From assembly GCF_024637375.1 (NCBI RefSeq), contig NZ_JAGXFK010000042.1, positions 16,169 to 80,168 on the forward strand: a stretch of 64,000 nt of DNA, read 5' to 3'. Origin of the DNA: Sediminimonas sp. (GTDB lineage Bacteria > Pseudomonadota > Alphaproteobacteria > Rhodobacterales > Rhodobacteraceae). Shown in pieces: positions 58,683 to 64,000 of this stretch. Positions within the stretch are counted from its first letter, which is position 1. Each line of letters starts with the position of its first letter. A program made the position numbers and the translations under genes. Under the pieces are notes generated by a model. The model was not told the DNA's origin. It worked only from the letters and a program-made list of their open reading frames with translations, and searched no databases.

Positions 58683-59518
58683 GACGCTTCCTCTTGAACA
58701 GCGGGGGTCTGGCGTGCCGACGGCGTCGCCCGGCGTGGGGCCAGGCCGTAGTAGGTCAGCACCGGGCCGGCAAAGGCCGCGCGGTGCATCGTGTCGGCCA
58801 TGTCGCCCAGCCGCGCGGCAACGATGCGCTGATCGGGGCGCGACGCGTTCTCGATCAGGGTCACGGGCGTGTCGGGCGCTGCGCCATGCATCATCAGCCG
58901 CCCCTGGATGAACCGAGCCGAGCGTTTGCCCATGTAGATCGCCGCCACCTCGCCCCCGCGGGCCAGCGCGCGCCAGTCATGGTCGGCAAAGCCGCGCATG
59001 TCGTGCCCGGTCAGAAACCGGATTGACGAATTGCGCCCGCGTTTCGTCTGGCTCTGCCCGATCGCGGCGGCCCCGGCCGAGGCGGCGGTGATCCCCGGCA
59101 CGATGTGCCACGCCACGCCCGCCGCGTTGCAGGCGGCGATTTCCTCGTCGAGGCGGCCGAACACCGTCGGGTCACCCGATTTCAGGCGCACCACCCGCCG
59201 GCCGCGCCGTGCATGCGCGCGTACCATGCGGTTGATCTCGTCCTGACTGACGGCGGCGCCGAAGCCTTGCTTGCCGGCGGCGATCCGTGTCGCGCGGCGC
59301 GGGCACAACGCCAGCACCCCATCACCGACCAGCCGGTCGTGGATCACCACATCGGCTTGCCCGATCGCGCGCACGGCCGCCACCGTCAGCAGGTCGGGGT
59401 CACCGGGGCCGGCCCCGACAAAGGTGACTTGCCCCGCCCCCGCAGCGGCGGGGGCGGCGGTTGACGCGGGCCGCAGCCAGTTGAAAAGGCGCAGGATCGA
59501 AGGCATCGGACTCTCCAT
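58679..59518 (-). CDS. cobA: Uroporphyrinogen-III C-methyltransferase (SUMT domain only)
   Basis: VGAGPGDPDLLT, RLKSGDP..FGR, VPGITAA; no N-terminal dehydrogenase/chelatase domain; start uncertain (59506-59524). Confidence 0.85.
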   Translation of the reverse strand: MESPMPSILRLFNWLRPASTAAPAAAGAGQVTFVGAGPGDPDLLTVAAVRAIGQADVVIHDRLVGDGVLALCPRRATRIAAGKQGFGAAVSQDEINRMVRAHARRGRRVVRLKSGDPTVFGRLDEEIAACNAAGVAWHIVPGITAASAGAAAIGQSQTKRGRNSSIRFLTGHDMRGFADHDWRALARGGEVAAIYMGKRSARFIQGRLMMHGAAPDTPVTLIENASRPDQRIVAARLGDMADTMHRAAFAGPVLTYYGLAPRRATPSARQTPAVQEEAS

Positions 59519-59533
59519 GAACACGCCCTCAAT

Positions 59534-59550
59534 ATGGGATATTTTCCCAT
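59534..59550. promoter_or_regulatory. Palindrome ATGGGA-N5-TCCCAT upstream of the cys operon
   Basis: Perfect 6-bp inverted repeat with AT-only core. Confidence 0.4.
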
Positions 59551-59696
59551 GAAATGGCCAGATATCCGAGCAAATAAGAAGATCGTTCAGGGCAGCGACG
59601 ACGTAAAGACGACGAAATTCCGCCCGCGCCGTTCATGCCGGGCAAACCATCCGCACGATTTGCGCGCGCCGGAACACCGGCGCCGGCCTAGGCACG

Positions 59697-59728
59697 AAAA
59701 AGGGCCCGCAGCGTCATACCACGGGCCC
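59697..59728 (-). terminator. Terminator after the small heat shock gene
   Basis: Minus strand GGGCCCGTG...TGCGGGCCC followed by TTTTT. Confidence 0.7.
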
Positions 59729-59760
59729 CAAGATCGGCTTGAATGAAGGCGATGGCGCTG

Positions 59761-60228
59761 TCAGTTGACGGTCTTCGCCTCGACCATGTCGCGCTCTTCC
59801 ATCGGGCCGGCGGAAACCTTGATGCGGCGCGGCTTCAGCGCCTCGGGCACTTCGCGGACAAGGTCGATATGCAGCATGCCGTCGGCATGGTGTGCGCCGG
59901 TGACCTGCACGTGATCGGCGAGATGGAATCGCCGCTCGAAAGCGCGCGTGGCAATGCCGCGATGCAGGAAGGTGCGCTCCTTGTCCTCGTCGGCCTTGCG
60001 CGCCGTCACGATCAGCGCATTTTCCTTGACCTCGACGTTCAGGTCATCGACCGAAAAGCCCGCCACCGCGATGGAAATGCGATAGGAATTCTCGTCGGTC
60101 TTCTCGATGTTGTAGGGTGGGTAGCCCGATTGATCGACATCGCTGGCAAAGACGCGATCCATCAGGTCCGCGATCTGGTCGAATCCGACAGAGGCGCGGT
60201 AAAGTGGGGCAAGATCAAAGTGATGCAT
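59761..60228 (-). CDS. ibpA: Small heat shock protein (Hsp20)
   Basis: PLYRASVGFD, YPPYNIE, AVAGF, HRGIA.RAFER, PRRIKV. Confidence 0.92.
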   Translation of the reverse strand: MHHFDLAPLYRASVGFDQIADLMDRVFASDVDQSGYPPYNIEKTDENSYRISIAVAGFSVDDLNVEVKENALIVTARKADEDKERTFLHRGIATRAFERRFHLADHVQVTGAHHADGMLHIDLVREVPEALKPRRIKVSAGPMEERDMVEAKTVN

Positions 60229-60320
60229 TGGTCATCCTCCTGTTGAGCGATACCTTACATTCGGCCTTCCCTGCCATGGGACAGGCCACGCGACCCGGGC
60301 CCGTTGCGGCACCCGGCCAG
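60229..60320 (-). promoter_or_regulatory. ROSE-like RNA thermometer in the ibpA 5' UTR
   Basis: AUCGCUC-AACAG-GAGGAU: U(U/C)GCU motif pairs with the SD leaving a bulged G; upstream boundary approximate. Confidence 0.65.
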
Positions 60321-60325
60321 CGGAA

Positions 60326-60354
60326 ATCTGGGAAATCCGCCGCACGATTTCAAG
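60326..60354 (-). promoter_or_regulatory. RpoH (sigma32) promoter
   Basis: CTTGAA-N16-CCCAGAT on minus strand. Confidence 0.65.
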
Positions 60355-60358
60355 ACCC

Positions 60359-61174
60359 TTACGGCCTTATGAACTTGGCGCCGCCCGCCGTGCCGTCGCG
60401 GCCGGCTCCGCCCTCTGCCGCATCGTCGCCGGCGCGCAGGAAATGCCGCCGTTGCGCGCCGAGCTGACCACGCAGCAGCTCCAGGCCGGCGCCCAGGTCG
60501 CTGCCCAGCGCAACCTTGTTGCTGCCCAGATCGGCCTTGGCCGACACCACCGAAACGATCCTCGCGCGCCCATCGCGAAACGAAAATACCGGCGCTCCAG
60601 AGGCGCCGAAATCCACGTCGCAAGACATCACCAGAACACCCGTTTCGCGCCACATGATGCTGCAAACCTGTTCCAGCGACGGCACCTCGGCGCGCCCCTT
60701 GGCATAGGAAACAACGCCGACGCGCGCGCCGGGGCGCGGTGCGGCATCGGTTTCGAACGGCGTGATCCGCGTCGTGTGCAGCGGCCGTGACAGCTCCAGC
60801 AACGCCAGGTCGTGACGCACCCGTGCCATCGCGACACGGTCGTCATAGGCATACTCCGGGTGCATCACGACGCGGCGAATGTTGCGATACGCCTCGGCCC
60901 GGCCATTGCGCCAACCGGCGCGAAACTCGATCTGGTCGATGCCGATGCGCGCGCCGGTCGTCTTGTCAAAAAGACAATGCGCCGCGGTCAGCACCTGGTC
61001 GGGCGCGATCAGCGCGCCGGTGCAGAACCCCACGCCGGCGATCTCCAGGCGGCCCACCGCCTCCCACCCGCGCGAGTCGTTGCCCGTCTCCAACCGTTTC
61101 AGCGCCGGCTCCTGCGCGCGGATCGCCGAGGCCAGCAGAAAGGCGAGTATGGCAATCAGGTAGATGCGTATCAT
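60359..61174 (-). CDS. Secreted trypsin-like serine protease
   Basis: Signal peptide, CTGALI, TAAHC, DLALL, GASGAP. Confidence 0.85.
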   Translation of the reverse strand: MIRIYLIAILAFLLASAIRAQEPALKRLETGNDSRGWEAVGRLEIAGVGFCTGALIAPDQVLTAAHCLFDKTTGARIGIDQIEFRAGWRNGRAEAYRNIRRVVMHPEYAYDDRVAMARVRHDLALLELSRPLHTTRITPFETDAAPRPGARVGVVSYAKGRAEVPSLEQVCSIMWRETGVLVMSCDVDFGASGAPVFSFRDGRARIVSVVSAKADLGSNKVALGSDLGAGLELLRGQLGAQRRHFLRAGDDAAEGGAGRDGTAGGAKFIRP

Positions 61175-61371
61175 CGTGCCCTCTGATGCTTGATCCCCGA
61201 CGGTATACCGGGGGAATCGGGCACCATTTTGGCCGTCATGCAGCATCGCGGTGGCCGCTTCGCGGCGATGCTGGAACGTGTTGCGCCAAATCACACTCAC
61301 CCCGCCGGGGCCGCTTGCGCCCGCATGCCCTGTGCTTGCGATCAGAGAAACCCGAACAGCAGAAACCCGCC

Positions 61372-62670
61372 CTAAAGAGGGTCTGCGCGCATCGCTTCGG
61401 GCTTCGGCCCGCCGGTGGCCCAGTCCAGCAGTTCGACGGTGTGCACCACCGGCACCTCGGTGCCGGAGCCGATCTGCATCATGCAACCGATATTGCCGGT
61501 CGCGATCACCTCGGGCGATTTCGCCTCGAGCGTGCGCAGCTTGCGATCCTTGAGTTGCTTTGAAATCGCCGGCTGCATCAGGTTGTAGGTGCCCGCCGAG
61601 CCACAACACAGGTGGCTGTCGGCGGGCTCGACCACGGTAAACCCGGCGCGTTTCAGCAGATCCTTGGGCGCGGTCTTGACCTGCTGCCCGTGCTGGAGCG
61701 AACACGCCGCGTGATAGGCCACCTTCATGCCGGGCGCACCGCCCTCCGGCAGGTCCAGCTGCGCCAGCAGCTCGCTCACGTCCATGGCGATAGCGCTCAC
61801 GCGCGCCGCGTCATCGGCCAGCGCCTCGTGCCGGAACATGTGACCGTAGTCCTTGACCGTGGTGCCACAACCCGAGGTGTTGATGACGATGGCGTCCAGC
61901 CCCTCGCCATCCATTTCGCCCGCCCAGGCGCGGATGTTGCGCGCCGCCGTCGCGTGGCTCTCGTCGGTCTTGCCCATATGGTGGGTCAGCGCCCCGCAAC
62001 ACCCCGCGCCGCGCGCCACCACCACGTCGCAGCCAAGCCGCGTCAGCAGCCGGATCGTGGCATCGTTGATATCGGTGTTGAGCGCCCTCTGCGCACAGCC
62101 GGTCATCAGCGCCACGCGGAGCTTGCGCCGCGCGCCCTTGGCGGCAAATGTCTGTGGGTCGTCGTTGCGGCTGACCGGCGGAATGCGCCTCGGCGCCATC
62201 TCGAGCATCGCACGCAGACGCGCATCGGGCATCAGCCGCGCGAAGGGCCGGCCCAGCTTGGCGCCCAGCAGCGCCAGCCGAAAGCGGCCCGGATATGGCA
62301 GGATGCGCGCCAGCGTCCAGCGCAGCATCCGGTCGAAAAGCGGGCGGCGGTAGGTCCGCTCGATATGGTCGCGGGCATGATCGACCAGGTGCATGTAGTG
62401 CACGCCCGAAGGGCAGGTCGACATGCAGGCCAGGCAACTGAGGCAGCGGTCGATATGAGTGACCGTGCGCGCGTCCGGCGCGCGGCCATTTTCCAGCATG
62501 TCCTTGATCAGGTAGATGCGCCCGCGCGGACTGTCCAGCTCGTCGCCCAGAACCTGGTAGGTGGGGCATGTTGCGGTGCAAAACCCGCAATGGACGCAGG
62601 ACCGCAGAATCTGGTTGGATCGCGCAATCGCGGGGTCGCTGAGCTGCTCTTCGGTGAATTCCGTCTTCAT
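61372..62670 (-). CDS. glcF: Glycolate oxidase Fe-S subunit
   Basis: CVHCGFCTATCP, CLSCLACMSTCP, two CCG domains. Confidence 0.95.
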   Translation of the reverse strand: MKTEFTEEQLSDPAIARSNQILRSCVHCGFCTATCPTYQVLGDELDSPRGRIYLIKDMLENGRAPDARTVTHIDRCLSCLACMSTCPSGVHYMHLVDHARDHIERTYRRPLFDRMLRWTLARILPYPGRFRLALLGAKLGRPFARLMPDARLRAMLEMAPRRIPPVSRNDDPQTFAAKGARRKLRVALMTGCAQRALNTDINDATIRLLTRLGCDVVVARGAGCCGALTHHMGKTDESHATAARNIRAWAGEMDGEGLDAIVINTSGCGTTVKDYGHMFRHEALADDAARVSAIAMDVSELLAQLDLPEGGAPGMKVAYHAACSLQHGQQVKTAPKDLLKRAGFTVVEPADSHLCCGSAGTYNLMQPAISKQLKDRKLRTLEAKSPEVIATGNIGCMMQIGSGTEVPVVHTVELLDWATGGPKPEAMRADPL

Positions 62671-63815
62671 GAGGCCGCCCCCTGCCCCATGAGGCCGGGG
62701 TTGAGAAGACCGCGCGGGTCGAACCGGCGCCTCAGCCCCTCCTGCAACGCGGCCACGGGCGGCGCCAGCGGCTGGAACGCGCCGCCGGCGCGGCTGCCCC
62801 GGATCAGCGTCGCGTGTCCGCCATGCCCGGCCACGGCCTGCCGGATGGTGTCAGCTTGCCTGCCTTGCGGGACCAGCAGCCAGATCAACCCGCCGCCCCA
62901 GTCATAGATCGCCTCGGCGCCCTCTATCCGGGCCACGATCCCGGGCGCGTCGGTGGGCTTCACCGACAGTCGCCAGACATCGCCGGAGCGGTCGTGGAAC
63001 GGGGCGACATCGCGGATATCGCGCCAACAGGCGGCGGTGCGCGCCGGGTCGGTCTCGACGCCGAATTCGCCGTGATGCGCCAGAAGCGCTTGCAACTCTC
63101 CCGCCCGGTAGGCGACCGATGACTCCGATCCTTCCAGCCGAATCATCGTCACCGGGCCGCCACCCGTTCCACGCTGCAGATGCGCCGCGCCCGTCACTTC
63201 GAAGGGCGAGCCCAACGCGCGACAGAGCGCAGCCACCGCCTCCTCGTCCGTCAGCCCCTCGCAGAGCAGCACCGCGGTGGCCTGCGTCGCCGGCATCACT
63301 TTGAGCGCCAGTTCCGTAAGCACCCCCAGCGTTCCGTAGCTGCCCGCCATCAGCTTGACCAGGTCATAGCCGGTGACATTCTTCATCACCCGCCCGCCGT
63401 TGCGGATGACCTCGCCCCGCCCGTCGACGAAGCGCACGCCCAGCAGGAAATCCCGCGCCCCGCCGCCCTGGATACGCCTTGGCCCCGAGACGTTGGCGGC
63501 GAAGACCCCGCCGATCGTGGGCTCGCCCACCGTGCCCAGGAGGCCGCGATGATCCATCGGCTCAAAAGCCAGCCGCTGCCCGGCTTGCGCAAGCGCCGCC
63601 TCGACCTGCGCAAGCGGCGTGCCGGCCTTCGCCACCATGGTCAGCGCACCCGGCTCGTAAAGCTCGATGCCCGACAGCCCCGTGGTGCTCAGCGGCGCGC
63701 CGTTCACGGGCACGCCGATGGGGCGCGTGCCGCCGCCCTGAATGCGCAACGGCTCGTCGGCCGTGCGCACAATCTCGGCCAGCTCGGCCTCGCTCTCGGG
63801 TTTCAATGTCTTCAT
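62667..63815 (-). CDS. glcE: Glycolate oxidase FAD-binding subunit
   Basis: GGRVMKNVTGYDL, FDPRGLLNPG; ATGA overlap with glcF. Confidence 0.92.
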   Translation of the reverse strand: MKTLKPESEAELAEIVRTADEPLRIQGGGTRPIGVPVNGAPLSTTGLSGIELYEPGALTMVAKAGTPLAQVEAALAQAGQRLAFEPMDHRGLLGTVGEPTIGGVFAANVSGPRRIQGGGARDFLLGVRFVDGRGEVIRNGGRVMKNVTGYDLVKLMAGSYGTLGVLTELALKVMPATQATAVLLCEGLTDEEAVAALCRALGSPFEVTGAAHLQRGTGGGPVTMIRLEGSESSVAYRAGELQALLAHHGEFGVETDPARTAACWRDIRDVAPFHDRSGDVWRLSVKPTDAPGIVARIEGAEAIYDWGGGLIWLLVPQGRQADTIRQAVAGHGGHATLIRGSRAGGAFQPLAPPVAALQEGLRRRFDPRGLLNPGLMGQGAAS

Positions 63816-63869
63816 CTTTCCAGAAATACTCCGGGGGTGAGGCCGCAGGCCGAGGGGGCAGCGCCCCCT
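63808..63869 (+). repeat. Dispersed repeat filling the glcD-glcE gap
   Basis: GTCTTCATCTTTCCAGAAATACTCCGGGGGTGA-GGCCGCAGGCC-GAGGGGGCAGCGCCCCCT; related to 15125 and 37960. Confidence 0.7.
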
Positions 63870-64000
63870 TACTCCGCCGCCATGCGTCGCGACGCCGAGG
63901 CGTCCAGCGGGAAAACCTTTGCCGGGTTGAGCAGCCAGCCTGGGTCGAACACGTCCTTGACCGCCATCTGCGCCTCAAGGTCCGCTGGCGTGAACTGGTG
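63869..64000 (-). CDS. glcD: Glycolate oxidase subunit GlcD, C-terminal fragment
   Basis: Manual translation HQFTPADLEAQMAVKDVFDPGWLLNPAKVFPLDASASRRMAAE*; upstream of glcE. Confidence 0.8.
   Translation of the reverse strand, partial: HQFTPADLEAQMAVKDVFDPGWLLNPAKVFPLDASASRRMAAE

Noticed and set aside
60359-61705. 448-aa ORF suggesting a long protease N-terminal extension
   Set aside because: The upstream part overlaps glcF in another frame; a signal peptide begins at ATG 61174. Similar over-extended starts in the ORF track (rimK, DUF1643, gntR, Lrp) were trimmed.
1-64000. Prophage, defence island, integrase, IS, tRNA or rRNA
   Set aside because: None recognised; composition looks uniform and genes are mostly metabolic or housekeeping. 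A short RNA gene could have been missed by eye.

Overview
GC-rich chromosomal window from an alphaproteobacterium. Gene content and order (petP-ilvE, truB-rpsO-pnp, ftsK-lolA, cysG/DUF2849/cysI/cysH, glcDEF) point to the Rhodobacteraceae/Roseobacter group, by inference. I saw no rRNA, tRNA, CRISPR array, integrase or transposase. Bases 1.5-24 kb form an amine-catabolism block: two polyamine-type ABC importers, a putrescine aminotransferase, a PuuB-like oxidase and a divergently split ectoine/hydroxyectoine degradation cluster (eutB-eutC-Lrp-doeC-doeD and eutD-argE-gntR). The rest is mostly housekeeping genes, plus a rimB-rimK-aspartoacylase operon, a STAS/anti-sigma pair, a sulfotransferase/GT14 pair, a psd-pssA-pmtA operon and a sulfate-assimilation operon. 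Best leads: (1) an ectoine pathway with an M20 ArgE-type deacetylase and a small GntR regulator (with candidate operators) where EutE and EnuR are normally found; (2) a RIO/Kdo-like kinase fused to a degenerate acyl-CoA-synthetase C-terminal domain; (3) an in-frame CysH-DUF934 fusion that keeps an internal RBS, next to a CysG reduced to its methyltransferase half; (4) a dispersed repeat family, one copy of which supplies the glcE start codon. All calls are motif recognition by eye. No database searches were run, so novelty is unverified, and start codons adjusted from the ORF track are estimates.
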